DNA of 64,000 nucleotides from an uncultured Candidatus Saccharibacteria bacterium (lineage in GTDB: Bacteria; Patescibacteriota; WWE3; 2-01-FULL-39-13), in NCBI GenBank assembly GCA_964370865.1, contig CAYJKF010000005.1, positions 35,281 through 99,280 of the forward strand, read 5' to 3'. The number at the start of each line of letters is the position of its first letter. The stretch's first letter is position 1. The notes under the pieces were generated by a model. The model did not search any database and had not been told where the DNA came from. It saw nothing but the letters and a program-made list of their open reading frames with translations. This document shows positions 1 through 10,677 of this stretch, piece after piece. The translations under genes and the position numbers were made by a program.

Positions 1-1419
1 GCAGGAGATGTAAATGAGAGGTCTCGAATGATAGAGCACACTCTTGATTCATTCGGTATTAAAGCTAAAATCGCAAGATACATTGTTGGCCCTTCGGTTA
101 CACAATATGCAATTAGTGTTCCTACTGGGGCGAGGGCGAACCGAATTTCTGCATTGAGTACGGATATAGCACTAAGACTAAAATCACCAAGTGGAAGCGT
201 TCGTATTGAAGCACCAATTCCTGGTAGCGACTTAATTGGTATTGAAGTACCTAATTATTCCCCAGCCTCAGTTTCACTAAGGAGTGTCCTTGATACTCCA
301 ACTATGAGAAATAACAAGTCAAAATTGGCAATTCCAATTGGAATAGATGTGTCAGGCACAATAATTGTTGAGGATATTTCAAAGATGCCACACTGTTTAG
401 TAGCTGGAGCTACGAATTCAGGAAAATCCGTTATGTTAAACGCTATTATTTCCAGCCTTTTATTTAGATGCTCACCACAAGAATGTCGTTTTATAATGAT
501 AGATCCTAAAATGGTTGAGTTAACTCAATATGATGGTATCCCTCATTTATTAGCTCCTGTCGTGACTGATTACGAGCATAAAGCTGTCTCGGCTTTGGCG
601 TGGGCCGTGTCTGAAATGGAAAGACGTCTCGAGGCATTTAAAAATTCTGGTTCTCGTAACTTGGCCGACTATAACGCCAAAGCCGGATTTCAATCCGAGC
701 CTTACATTGTTATTGTTGTTGATGAGTTTGCTGAACTTATGATGGTTGCTTCAAGTGACGTTGAAAGATATATCACTAGGATTACACAAAAAGCTAGAGC
801 TGCAGGTATTCACTTAATCCTTGCGACGCAACGACCATCGGTTAATGTAATTACGGGTACTATTAAAGCAAATATTCCTACACGTATGGCATTTAGAGTT
901 GCTTCAAATACCGATTCAAGAGTTATTCTGGACCAGTCAGGGGCAGAAACTTTGATAGGTAGAGGAGATATGTTGTATATTCCGCCAATCTCCGATTCAC
1001 CAAAACGAGTTCAAGGTGTCTATGTTATGGATCAAGAAATCAATGCAATTGTGGAGTTCCTAAAGTCAAAAGGTGGACCACCTGAATATATTCCAGAGAT
1101 ATTAGAGCAAAAAGTTGGAACACTTCCATCAGACAAAAAGTACGGCGGAGGAAATGACGAACTGGATTCTAAAATGATTGAGGCAATTAATATTGTATTT
1201 GCAGATGGAAAGGCTTCGGCGTCACATTTACAACGTCGTTTAAAGATTGGTTATTCAAGAGCCGCTTCGTTAGTTGATGCAATGCAAGAAGCAGGAATAG
1301 TAAGTAGACAAAATGGAAGCAAACCAAGAGAGGTATTATTGAGTAGTCCAGACGATGCGATTAACCGATTACAAAGCAATGCATCAGGCGATAATGATTT
1401 CTCGACTAGTGATTTTTAG
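1..1419 (+). CDS. ftsK: DNA translocase FtsK/SpoIIIE (5'-truncated by window edge)
   Basis: Walker A GATNSGKS, IVIVVDEFAEL, HLILATQRPS, C-terminal gamma domain (SASHLQRRLKIGYSRAA); frame is open from base 1. Confidence 0.95.
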   Translation, partial: AGDVNERSRMIEHTLDSFGIKAKIARYIVGPSVTQYAISVPTGARANRISALSTDIALRLKSPSGSVRIEAPIPGSDLIGIEVPNYSPASVSLRSVLDTPTMRNNKSKLAIPIGIDVSGTIIVEDISKMPHCLVAGATNSGKSVMLNAIISSLLFRCSPQECRFIMIDPKMVELTQYDGIPHLLAPVVTDYEHKAVSALAWAVSEMERRLEAFKNSGSRNLADYNAKAGFQSEPYIVIVVDEFAELMMVASSDVERYITRITQKARAAGIHLILATQRPSVNVITGTIKANIPTRMAFRVASNTDSRVILDQSGAETLIGRGDMLYIPPISDSPKRVQGVYVMDQEINAIVEFLKSKGGPPEYIPEILEQKVGTLPSDKKYGGGNDELDSKMIEAINIVFADGKASASHLQRRLKIGYSRAASLVDAMQEAGIVSRQNGSKPREVLLSSPDDAINRLQSNASGDNDFSTSDF

Positions 1420-1445
1420 TTTTTTGTGTAAAATAGACCGTACCT

Positions 1446-1823
1446 ATGGAAGTTGATTTAGAGACAGTCTTAGCAGTAGTAATAGCATTGATTGCAGTTA
1501 ACCTTATTTTTATAGGGTTTTACATTGTAAAAGTATTACGGGAAATAAGTAAAACTTTCGAAAAAGCACGAAGCATGATTGAAGATGTAGATCAGAGTGT
1601 GAAAGATGGAATTGGAAAAATGGCGGCTATTGAAAGACCATTACAAGCGATAGCTACAACTTCGGTTGCTTTAGCTGGTGTTATGAAGGGTGGAAGTGCC
1701 ATTAGAAAAGCTACTGAATCGATTCTCTCTGCTTCACAACCTGACAAAGATAATTCTGATGATGAAATGTCTGATATAACTCATGTCAGAAGGCCTCGCT
1801 GGTTCCGTAAATCCAATTCATAA
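1446..1823 (+). CDS. Single-pass membrane protein with coiled coil (DUF948-like)
   Basis: N-terminal hydrophobic helix then amphipathic helix; TAAAAT upstream. Confidence 0.6.
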   Translation: MEVDLETVLAVVIALIAVNLIFIGFYIVKVLREISKTFEKARSMIEDVDQSVKDGIGKMAAIERPLQAIATTSVALAGVMKGGSAIRKATESILSASQPDKDNSDDEMSDITHVRRPRWFRKSNS

Positions 1824-1876
1824 TCTCCTGCGTTAAATTCGAGGTAAATATGCGGTAATTATGCTACTATTTTTGT

Positions 1877-2962
1877 ATGTATAAGCCCGAATACACCATT
1901 AGTAATAATTTACTCAATTCTATAGTTTCAATTGAATCTTCAAGATCAATCATACAAAGGGCAGCCCTTTTGCCACTATATGAACGTCAATTTAGAGGGG
2001 ACGCAGTAGCTAGAAGAGTGCATTTTTCCACTGCTATTGAAGGTAATTATCTTAATTTAGATCAAATAAAGGATATTATGCTTCAGGGAAATACGGGACA
2101 GGACAATTCCCCTCAAAATAGTCAAAGTATGCAGTATCCTGCTAAAAGAAAAGATGTGGACGAGGTGATTAATTACCGAAATTTAGTAAATTACATTGAA
2201 TCCATGGACAAAAATCACAAAACGGGTACAAAAAAGTTTTCCCTGGATTTAGAGATAATTACTCGTATGCACGAGATACTGTTAAAGAATATTGAAGATG
2301 AAAAAGTGGGGCATATTCGTACCCAGAATGCTTTGACAATAAACTATGCTACTGGACAGAAGCTTTATTTATACGAACCAGCGGAAAATGTCAAAACTAA
2401 ACTCAAGGAGTTACTTAGCTGGTATCAAACAAATGGAAAAGACGTACACCCAATTATAAAAGCAGGCTTATTACATTTGGAATTTGTAAGAATACATCCT
2501 TTTCATGAAGGAAATGGAAGGCTTGCCAGGGGATTAACTACACTTAGCTTAGCGATTGATGATTATGATATTAATCATTTCTTTTGTCTGGATGAATATT
2601 ACAGTGCAAATGCTGAGGAATATTATAATTCGCTTCAAAAAGGGTTTAAGAATCCAATTGATTGGCTCGAATACTTTGCGATTGGAATGTCGATTGAATT
2701 TAACCGAATAAAAGATCGTGTAGTTAAAATTTCAAAGGATGCGAAGGTGAAAGATAGGGTAGGCCAACAGTTTATCTCAGAGCGACAGGAAAAAATAATT
2801 GAATGGATAAATAATTATGGGTTTTTTAAGAACAATGATTTTGAGGTTATATTTAATGATATATCTGAAGATACGGTACTAAGGGAACTGAAAGGATTGG
2901 TTGAAATGGGTGTAATCACTAAAAAAGGGAAAACCAAATTAGCGAGATATGAGTTTATATAA
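1877..2962 (+). CDS. Fic family protein with C-terminal HTH
   Basis: Fic motif HPFHEGNGRLAR, inhibitory-helix-like STAIEGN, C-terminal SEDTVLRELKGL winged helix. Confidence 0.9.
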   Translation: MYKPEYTISNNLLNSIVSIESSRSIIQRAALLPLYERQFRGDAVARRVHFSTAIEGNYLNLDQIKDIMLQGNTGQDNSPQNSQSMQYPAKRKDVDEVINYRNLVNYIESMDKNHKTGTKKFSLDLEIITRMHEILLKNIEDEKVGHIRTQNALTINYATGQKLYLYEPAENVKTKLKELLSWYQTNGKDVHPIIKAGLLHLEFVRIHPFHEGNGRLARGLTTLSLAIDDYDINHFFCLDEYYSANAEEYYNSLQKGFKNPIDWLEYFAIGMSIEFNRIKDRVVKISKDAKVKDRVGQQFISERQEKIIEWINNYGFFKNNDFEVIFNDISEDTVLRELKGLVEMGVITKKGKTKLARYEFI

Positions 2963-4799
2963 GCTTTAGAAACTGAGTTTCGCTAATAATTTCTACGCCT
3001 AATTTTCCGGCCTTTTCTGCCTTAGAGCCTGCATCTTCGCCTGCAATTAAATAGGAGAGATCTTTTGTTATTGAAGTTTTGTAAGTTCCACCATTATCGT
3101 TAATCATTTTTATTAATTCATCTCTTGAATACTTTTCTTTCTTTCCTGTAATGGCAAAGGATTTGCCATTAAGTTTAGTGGATTTGCTAACTTCTTCAAA
3201 CTGTAGACCAAGTTTTAGTAATTCCTCTACGAGTGGCCAACGTTTTCTCAAATCTTCAATAAAATATTTTGCTTTGACCGGACCAATACCCTTGACTGTA
3301 GCTATATCCTCAGCAGTTAGCTTATGCAAATTTTCAAATCCAAAATGATTTATTATCCACATACTTGTTGCTGGTCCAATTTCCCTTATACCAAGAGCTT
3401 GTAATAATTGGGTAGGGGTAATAGTTCCATTTAATGTATTGCGAATATTTGACACGATTTTTTTAGCGCTTTTCTCACCAAGTCTATCTAACTTCGCAAT
3501 TTCGGAATCCTTTAGCTCATAAAAATCTATAATCGAGTCGATTTTAAATGCGTTAATTAGTGTTTCGATGGTTTTGATTCCAAGTTCTTCGGCATTTAGG
3601 ACTTTAAAAAAGTATTCGTAGGATTGTGCTTTACGTGCGGCACAATCTGGATTGGGGCACTCTAGGTATTTATTGTTTCGAATTAGCTTTGAGGCACAAA
3701 CAGGGCAATTAGTAGGTATTTTATACGTGCGTTTATTTTGCGGTAAATCTGCGGGAAATACCTGCGTAATGAACGGAATAACCTCTCCGGACCTGCATAT
3801 TTCGACCTTATCACCAATATCTATGCCTGTTTTCTCAATAAATTCGATATTATGAAGGGTAACATTAGTTACAGTTGCCCCGCTTAATACAATGGGTTTT
3901 ACCTGTGCAACGCTTGTAATACGTCCGGTGCGGCCGACTTGATCTGTTATTCCAACAACTACCGTTTCTTTGCGCTCGGCGGGGGATTTGTATGCGATTT
4001 GCCATTTTTCGTGGTGTTGTGTTGCAAATAGGCTATTTTTAATATTTTCAGACGTTGCCTTTATTACAATTCCGTCAAGGGCATAATCGATTTGAAACAT
4101 TTGTTCTAGGATTTCTTCCCAGGTTGTTTCGTTTAATAAATCCTTTTGCTTTACTTGAATTACGGTAGATTGGTCATACAGTACAAAGTGAATCATTCCA
4201 TCTCTAATTGCTTTTATTCCTTCTGGTTTTACTTGTTTTGATTTAATAATTCCAACTACTGCATTTCTTGGGTTTTTATATGTTCCTTCTAAATTTTCTC
4301 GGAAATAGGATAGGGGAATAACTATTTCTCCATGTGCAGAGACATTTGGATCAGAAGGAAGATTGCCAATTACAGTTAGATATTTTAGACGTTCGCTAAT
4401 ATTTTCCCCATAAAATCCATCGCCGCGGGTTGATAAAGTGTTATTTTGATAACGAGCTGCCATGCCGTCGTATTTTGGTTCAACTATATAATTTTCATCA
4501 TTAATATCTGTAACCCATTTTTTAATATCTTCGTATGTGTATTTTTTCTCCAAAGACAACATTGGTGTTGTGTGTTTAATGTCTCCAATCTCTCCGACGA
4601 GTTCATATAATACAGCTGAATCTGGCTTAAGTTTTCGAAGTTGTTCGGTCAAAATATCAAATTCCTCATCTGATATTTCTGGATTATTATCTACGAAATA
4701 CTTAATATTGTGATACTTTACTAACTTCTCTAATTTTTCGATTTCAGTTGGATTAGTAGGGGTCCCAGTAGTAGGTGTCCCAGTAGTAGGTGTTTTCAT
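2955..4799 (-). CDS. ligA: NAD-dependent DNA ligase
   Basis: EPKYDG active site, DGIVIK, VGRTG, Zn finger CPVC..CPNPDC, HhH repeats, C-terminal BRCT. Confidence 0.95.
   Translation of the reverse strand: MKTPTTGTPTTGTPTNPTEIEKLEKLVKYHNIKYFVDNNPEISDEEFDILTEQLRKLKPDSAVLYELVGEIGDIKHTTPMLSLEKKYTYEDIKKWVTDINDENYIVEPKYDGMAARYQNNTLSTRGDGFYGENISERLKYLTVIGNLPSDPNVSAHGEIVIPLSYFRENLEGTYKNPRNAVVGIIKSKQVKPEGIKAIRDGMIHFVLYDQSTVIQVKQKDLLNETTWEEILEQMFQIDYALDGIVIKATSENIKNSLFATQHHEKWQIAYKSPAERKETVVVGITDQVGRTGRITSVAQVKPIVLSGATVTNVTLHNIEFIEKTGIDIGDKVEICRSGEVIPFITQVFPADLPQNKRTYKIPTNCPVCASKLIRNNKYLECPNPDCAARKAQSYEYFFKVLNAEELGIKTIETLINAFKIDSIIDFYELKDSEIAKLDRLGEKSAKKIVSNIRNTLNGTITPTQLLQALGIREIGPATSMWIINHFGFENLHKLTAEDIATVKGIGPVKAKYFIEDLRKRWPLVEELLKLGLQFEEVSKSTKLNGKSFAITGKKEKYSRDELIKMINDNGGTYKTSITKDLSYLIAGEDAGSKAEKAGKLGVEIISETQFLKLI
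4749..4793. repeat. In-frame 15-bp tandem repeat at the ligA 5' end (2 exact copies + 1 degenerate)
   Basis: CCCAGTAGTAGGTGT at 4764-4778 and 4779-4793; encodes TPTTG TPTTG TPTNP. Confidence 0.9.
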
Positions 4800-5710
4800 T
4801 GTTTCGAGCTTTCTATCCGTTTCCAGGCGCCTACGGAATACCGATTTAATAAATGGTTAAGATAAATTGTAAGCCATAAATAGGCCCTAAGTGGGTACAC
4901 CAGAATTGAAAACATTAATTCTCTGATATTTTTTGCAAACCTTATAGGAAATAACGCCATTGATAAGTCCTCTCTTATATTTCTTGTGTGGTTTTCGGTC
5001 GAGCTTGTTTTCTGTTTATATTTTAGTAGTTGGATATTTCCCCCCAAGGATCTTTTCTTTTGACTCATCCAGTCTGTAAGGGTTTTAGGGAATTTAGTAT
5101 AAACCAAGGCATTTCCTGCGTAGCCTATCTTTTTGCCCATTTCTACTAATCTCATTGAAACATAAGCATCATCGGATCTTATTTCCTCTGGCATAGGAAA
5201 TATTCCTGGAATGTTTTTAATAATGTACAAGTATCCGCTTAGGGGAGTATAAATTGTTTCTTTCATTCGACGTTGGTGAGCGGCTTCACAATATAAATGA
5301 GAGGAGTATCCCCAAAATGTTAGACGGCTGTCTGCTGAAACAGGGTGGCCTCCTACGGCGCTTTTATTTCCTAAACTTAATTCATTCACCAATTCTGATA
5401 TAGATTGCTCAGAAATCTGTACATCGCCATCAGTGAAGATAAAGTAGTCGGCCTCAACGTTGTCTACGGCTAGATTTAAGGCGGCGGGTTTACCGACCCC
5501 ATTATCCTTAATCGTCTTGAAATGTGCATAAACCTCGGATTGGGCAGCACGTTCTCCCTCTGATAGGGTATCAAGATCTGGAGCAACCAATATAACTTGG
5601 TAAAAATTATTATATTTTTGTTCGTTGTTTACCGCTTTAATGACTGCTTTAACAGCATTACCGACTGTGGCTTTTTCATTAAAAGAGGTTATTATTACGG
5701 CGATTTTCAT
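4796..5710 (-). CDS. Glycosyltransferase family 2
   Basis: VIITSFNE, GKPAALN, FTDGD (DxD), SDD, QKKR (QxxRW-like). Confidence 0.85.
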   Translation of the reverse strand: MKIAVIITSFNEKATVGNAVKAVIKAVNNEQKYNNFYQVILVAPDLDTLSEGERAAQSEVYAHFKTIKDNGVGKPAALNLAVDNVEADYFIFTDGDVQISEQSISELVNELSLGNKSAVGGHPVSADSRLTFWGYSSHLYCEAAHQRRMKETIYTPLSGYLYIIKNIPGIFPMPEEIRSDDAYVSMRLVEMGKKIGYAGNALVYTKFPKTLTDWMSQKKRSLGGNIQLLKYKQKTSSTENHTRNIREDLSMALFPIRFAKNIRELMFSILVYPLRAYLWLTIYLNHLLNRYSVGAWKRIESSKQ

Positions 5711-5768
5711 TGGGTTAATTTTATCATTCTTACATCAACTAGTCAGTTATATATGTTAAGATTCAATT

Positions 5769-5933
5769 ATGTTGAATAGCCCATTAACGGGAATGGTTAT
5801 GTACTCGGTAGCAACGATTCTCATGTTGGGAGTTTTAATATTAGCAGTTATAATCGGTTACAATATTAAAGATCGATTAGAGCAAGTTATGATACAAAGA
5901 CAAGTCGATCTTTCTTATGGATTTAATTCGTAA
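5769..5933 (+). CDS. 54-aa single-TM small protein (not in ORF track)
   Basis: MLNSPLTGMVMYSVATILMLGVLILAVIIGYNIKDRLEQVMIQRQVDLSYGFNS; TGtTAAGAT 6 nt upstream of ATG; ends 14 nt before hisS. Confidence 0.65.
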   Translation: MLNSPLTGMVMYSVATILMLGVLILAVIIGYNIKDRLEQVMIQRQVDLSYGFNS

Positions 5934-5947
5934 ATCTGCCTCAGATA

Positions 5948-7210
5948 ATGAAATTAAAAATTAGTAATCAACCTATAAAAGGATTTCGTGATTTTACTCC
6001 AAATGATTGGTTAAAAGAGAAGTATATTTTTAATAAATGGTCTTCTGTTTGTAAATCTTATGGATATGAAGAATACAACGGTCCTTTAATTGAATCAGTT
6101 GAAATTTATAACAAATCAGGGGATGATATCGGTCTAGCTGGAAAGGAGCTGTACACGTTTACTGATAGAGGTGACCGAAAGTTAGCAATTCGTCCAGAAA
6201 TGACACCAACGGTTGGAAGAATGATTTCTTCATATGCTAAAACTGCCGCTAAGCCAATCAGATGGTATAGCATTGCTCAGTTTTTTAGGGCAGAGAATCC
6301 ACAAAGAGGACGCGGACGTGAATTTTATCAATTAAATGCAGATATCTTTGGCGATAAATCAATTAATTCCGATATTGAAGTGTTAGCGTTGGTAGTTGAT
6401 TTGATGCTGTCGCTTGGTGCCACCGAAAAAATGTTCAAAATAAAATATAACGATAGGGTTTTTATGAATAAATCGTTATTAAGTTTTATTCCAGAAGATA
6501 AAATCACACCAGTTCTTAGAATAATCGATGGATATAAGAAAAAACCAGAGGCCTGGTTGAAGCAGTCATTGATTGATATTGGTCTTGACTCCGACTCAAT
6601 CGATAAAGTTAATGATTATTTAGCTTTAGATTTTGATGGTATGAAGTCATTGGGAGATAATGGCATTGAATATTTGGTCAAGTTACAAGAAATGCTTGAA
6701 GATCTAGGCATATCTCAATACTTTGAATACGATTCTGGATTAGCTCGAGGTTTTGATTATTATACTGGGCTGGTATTTGAGGTTTATGATATGAATCCAG
6801 AAAATAACAGGTCAATGTTTGGAGGAGGTAGGTACGATAATCTTACAGAAATGTTTGGAGGTGAGCAGATTCCTGCTGTTGGATTTGCCCCTGGAGACAT
6901 CACTACGCTTTTATTTTTAGAGTCTTGGGACTTATTTCCAAATAAATTGGATGAAGAAGTTTTGAAATATTACATACCGTTTCTTTACGAAGAAAGCTTG
7001 CCTGTGGCCTATAAATTAGCTAGAAAACTAAGATTGGATGGCAGTATTGTTGTTGTTGGCACAAATGAAGAGTCTATAAATAAAGCTTTATCATATGCTT
7101 CCAAAAATGATTACTCTCATGTTATTTTGATAGGGCAGGATGAGTTTAAATCTGGAAAATACAAAGTTAAAAATCTTGTTACACAAACTGAAGAGTCTTT
7201 TAATTATTAA
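5948..7210 (+). CDS. hisS: Histidine--tRNA ligase
   Basis: KGFRDF, IRPEMT, FRAENPQRGRGREFYQ, LARGFDYYTG, GGGRYD. Confidence 0.97.
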   Translation: MKLKISNQPIKGFRDFTPNDWLKEKYIFNKWSSVCKSYGYEEYNGPLIESVEIYNKSGDDIGLAGKELYTFTDRGDRKLAIRPEMTPTVGRMISSYAKTAAKPIRWYSIAQFFRAENPQRGRGREFYQLNADIFGDKSINSDIEVLALVVDLMLSLGATEKMFKIKYNDRVFMNKSLLSFIPEDKITPVLRIIDGYKKKPEAWLKQSLIDIGLDSDSIDKVNDYLALDFDGMKSLGDNGIEYLVKLQEMLEDLGISQYFEYDSGLARGFDYYTGLVFEVYDMNPENNRSMFGGGRYDNLTEMFGGEQIPAVGFAPGDITTLLFLESWDLFPNKLDEEVLKYYIPFLYEESLPVAYKLARKLRLDGSIVVVGTNEESINKALSYASKNDYSHVILIGQDEFKSGKYKVKNLVTQTEESFNY

Positions 7211-7237
7211 TTTATTAATTGGAGGTGAAATATCAAT

Positions 7238-7552
7238 ATGGAAGAACAAAATCAACCAACAAAAACAAGTTCAGTGAGTGACGATAGACTATTAGCAGCT
7301 GTCAGTTATTTATGGATATTATCAGTTGTTATCTATTTACTTAAGAAAGATAACGAATATATATCGTTTCATGCTAAGCAGGGAATGGTATTAATGGTTA
7401 TCGGATTAGTATTGATGATAGTTCCAATCATTGGCTGGGCATTAAATTTAGTAGTTTTCATAGCCGTGGTAGTCGGGGCTGTTAAAGCATATATGGGTGA
7501 AAAATTTAGATTACCTTTAATTGCAGACTTAGCTGATAAAATTAATTTCTAA
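7238..7552 (+). CDS. DUF4870-type small membrane protein
   Basis: LAAVSY..FHAKQG..IPIIG-like..KAYMGEKFRLPLI pattern; SD GGAGGT upstream. Confidence 0.75.
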   Translation: MEEQNQPTKTSSVSDDRLLAAVSYLWILSVVIYLLKKDNEYISFHAKQGMVLMVIGLVLMIVPIIGWALNLVVFIAVVVGAVKAYMGEKFRLPLIADLADKINF

Positions 7553-7860
7553 TGGAATCATTAAAGGATATCCTATCGAAAATACAAGAGAAGGATGTTG
7601 GTAAATATGTTAAACACGAATGGCAGCTTTATGCATACAGACTAGCAAGAAATCTCGACGATTTAGATAGGGTTTCTTTGTATATGCGACTGGCTAAGAA
7701 TGAAAAGCGCGAATTATTACAAAACGCCTGGGATTTTGTTAAGGAGTCAAACCCTAGATCAAAATCCCGGCTTTTTTTATGGAAACTGACCAGATTAAAG
7801 GCTGAAAAAGCAGAAAAAGATAAAGAAAAAGAAGAAGTGAAAAAAGAGATCAAGTCTTAA
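7552..7860 (+). CDS. Hypothetical basic helical protein
   Basis: Coupled to the upstream gene (TAATG); HEWQLYAYRLA..SLYMRLAK..LFLWKL resembles a CPR-type hypothetical. Confidence 0.65.
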   Translation: MESLKDILSKIQEKDVGKYVKHEWQLYAYRLARNLDDLDRVSLYMRLAKNEKRELLQNAWDFVKESNPRSKSRLFLWKLTRLKAEKAEKDKEKEEVKKEIKS

Positions 7861-7908
7861 GCTTCGTTTTGTGGACGTACATTAGAAAAGATGCGTATAA
7901 TGTTTTAA

Positions 7909-8454
7909 ATGAGTAGCTTTATTGATAGATATAAAACACCTTTTATTATTTCCATAGTAATGTCGTTAGCTGTAATGCTTCTTGCCGATGTTTCCACCGC
8001 CTTTGGAGGAATATTAGCTATTTTAGGTGGAATCACTGGTATTTTTATGATGGATTTGGAGTTCCTGTTATATGCCCATTTGATTGAGCCTAATGCTCCG
8101 GAGTCAGTTGAGATTAAATCCACCCTCAAGTCAAAAAGTTTCCTATCATATGTCCGTTATTTGAATACAAATGAATATTCTTTCAAAGAATTGCCACTAA
8201 GAAGTGTCCTTTTTCAAGTACTGTTGATTATTTTCGGGTATTACATCGTAATGACTAGCGGAATGCCATTTGGTTTAGCCTTAATATTATCGTTAATCGC
8301 CAACATTTTTTATATGCAAATCATAGAAATTATGAAACTTGGAGATTTGGATCGCTGGTTTTGGGTTTATAACGGGGATGTTAGTAAACAAGGCTCGATT
8401 ACATACCTCGTAGGGCTTGGCTTGGCTTTTTTAGGTATATTCTTTTTTATATAA
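7909..8454 (+). CDS. Multi-pass membrane protein
   Basis: About 5 hydrophobic segments; TATAAT 7 nt upstream of ATG. Confidence 0.7.
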   Translation: MSSFIDRYKTPFIISIVMSLAVMLLADVSTAFGGILAILGGITGIFMMDLEFLLYAHLIEPNAPESVEIKSTLKSKSFLSYVRYLNTNEYSFKELPLRSVLFQVLLIIFGYYIVMTSGMPFGLALILSLIANIFYMQIIEIMKLGDLDRWFWVYNGDVSKQGSITYLVGLGLAFLGIFFFI

Positions 8455-8460
8455 ATATCC

Positions 8461-9417
8461 ATGCAAAATTTATTGAATATAGGGCATATAACCCTAGATA
8501 CGTTTTTGACCATCGATTCAGCAAATGTTCTTTGTGACTTGAATGATAAGGAATGTAAAATTGCTTTTGAATATGGCGCCAAAATACCTGTACATGAGAT
8601 CCATTATGGAATAGGTGGCGGTGCTTCAAATGTGGTTGTAGGGACTAAATTATTAGGTATAAACAGCTCTATATGGTCCATAATAGGTAAGGATCGTAAT
8701 GCGGATAGCATTTTAGATTTATTCACAAAACATAAAATTAAGACTGATTTAATTGAAAGGGATGATCTTCCAACGGATTTAGCCACGATATTGACCTTTG
8801 GACCAGAGAGAACAATCTTTACGTACAATTCTGATAGAAAATTCAAAGTTCAGAGTAATTTATTCTCAAAATTTAATAATGTTTTCTTATCTTCAGTCGG
8901 GAAGGATGTTGAAAATATGTATGATGAAATCGAGAGAGCAAAGGATAAGTATGGGTTTAAGCTATTTTTTAATCCGGGCTCCAAAGAAATAAGATATTCA
9001 CATTCCTCAATTGTTAAGATATTAGACTCTGTGGATTATTTAATTGCAAACGTTGAAGAAGGATGTGCTTTATTAAATCCTGGCCTCACTCGGTCTCAAA
9101 TCGAAATAGAGGACCTTATATCGATGTTAAATCAAAAGGGAATCAAACATATTGCTCTAACTGACGGAGTAAACGGTGTCTATTACAGCGATGGTTATAG
9201 AGTTAAACATGTAAAAGCCCAAAAGGTCGAGGTTGTAGAGAAAACTGGTGCGGGAGATGCTTTTGCATCCGGATATATTTCAGCAATATTAAATGGATTA
9301 AGTATTGAGGACTCAATTAAATGGGGAGTTACAAATGGAGCGAGTGTGGTACAAAAAGTCGGATCTCAATCAGGCTTGTTATCTCTAAAAGAAATGCAGA
9401 AAAGATTATCTTCTTAA
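8461..9417 (+). CDS. PfkB/ribokinase family carbohydrate kinase
   Basis: GGGASNV, FNPG, ANVEE, EKTGAGDAFASG. Confidence 0.9.
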   Translation: MQNLLNIGHITLDTFLTIDSANVLCDLNDKECKIAFEYGAKIPVHEIHYGIGGGASNVVVGTKLLGINSSIWSIIGKDRNADSILDLFTKHKIKTDLIERDDLPTDLATILTFGPERTIFTYNSDRKFKVQSNLFSKFNNVFLSSVGKDVENMYDEIERAKDKYGFKLFFNPGSKEIRYSHSSIVKILDSVDYLIANVEEGCALLNPGLTRSQIEIEDLISMLNQKGIKHIALTDGVNGVYYSDGYRVKHVKAQKVEVVEKTGAGDAFASGYISAILNGLSIEDSIKWGVTNGASVVQKVGSQSGLLSLKEMQKRLSS

Positions 9418-9423
9418 ATTCAA

Positions 9424-10677
9424 TTAATTCTCTTCAGATCTAAAAATTAAGCTTTTACCAAACATTGAAATGATTATTATTGGAAGTGTAGAACCAATAA
9501 TTAAGGCCATCTTTAAGGTAAACTCCTCCGATAGATCAATATCAAGGAGCATAAGCAAAGTGAGTGGAATGAATTTTCCTATATTTGACGACAATTCAAT
9601 CAAAAATTTATATTCAGGAATTAAGTTATCTTTTTCTTGATCCAAATCAATAATATTTTCTATTGTGGTGTTGTATCCAATTGATCCAGAGACCTCTAAA
9701 GTGACCATTGTGACCATATAGGCGAGAAGGACATATATATTATATTCGAATATGGTAAAGATGCTTATTCCAGCAAACAATACGGTGCTAATTGCATATA
9801 TCGATTTATAGGAATTTTGGCCTGTCAACTCGTAGGCGATTATGCTGACACAAAGTGAAAATCCTAGCAGTAAGATATTTACGATTCCCCAGTCCATAAA
9901 GTTACCAACAAAATATAGTAAAGCCACGGGGAGGATCACTGTGTTTATGCCATCATACATTCCTTCGAAAAGCTCACTTTTAGCTATTAAACTTTTTTCT
10001 GGATTTGTACCTGGGAAGGTTAATAATTTCTTAATCTCCGTTTTTCGACGAAGGTAGTTATTATGTAGGAAAAGGACGGTAAATGAGCCTAGTAGTGATG
10101 AAATTAAGATAATGTCAAACAAGGTTTCATATCCACGGTTAAAATATACTAGAAATGCAGAACCACCAATTGTTACGAGTTTGATTAGTTCTATCCAAAA
10201 AATTCTTGCGCTTTGTATTTGAAGAATGTTTTCGCGATCCTCGTATGATCTCTCGTAGGTGTATTCGGCTATAACTTTTAAGCCAGCTGCAAGTCCGCCA
10301 GATATTCCGATTAAGAGAATAAATCCATTTGTGAGGTTACTATTTAGCGTTATAAATAATACTAATTGGATTGTCTGTATAAGAAAACCTGTTAGAAGGG
10401 CAATTTTTGGTGATATTCCATTAGTTATATAAACAGATACAAAAGCTCCTAGAATTGCTGATAAAGAATATACAATTGCAAAAAAGAGTAGGGGAAGCAG
10501 TATCTCGGTTTGTTCCCATATAAAAAGTAAGATAAAAGTGAAGGAGATAAATTCAATATAAAAAGAGAATTTTCTAAAGATTTTCCAAATGGTTTTCACA
10601 AGATAACTATACATTAAGAATAAATTTACAGGAATCGGGTCAGAATTATTACAGCCGTGTATTACGACATTGCGCAA
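9424..10677 (-). CDS. MFS-like transporter (start uncertain, possibly MYSYLV)
   Basis: About 12 TM segments in two halves with a central hydrophilic loop. Confidence 0.7.
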   Translation of the reverse strand: MRNVVIHGCNNSDPIPVNLFLMYSYLVKTIWKIFRKFSFYIEFISFTFILLFIWEQTEILLPLLFFAIVYSLSAILGAFVSVYITNGISPKIALLTGFLIQTIQLVLFITLNSNLTNGFILLIGISGGLAAGLKVIAEYTYERSYEDRENILQIQSARIFWIELIKLVTIGGSAFLVYFNRGYETLFDIILISSLLGSFTVLFLHNNYLRRKTEIKKLLTFPGTNPEKSLIAKSELFEGMYDGINTVILPVALLYFVGNFMDWGIVNILLLGFSLCVSIIAYELTGQNSYKSIYAISTVLFAGISIFTIFEYNIYVLLAYMVTMVTLEVSGSIGYNTTIENIIDLDQEKDNLIPEYKFLIELSSNIGKFIPLTLLMLLDIDLSEEFTLKMALIIGSTLPIIIISMFGKSLIFRSEEN

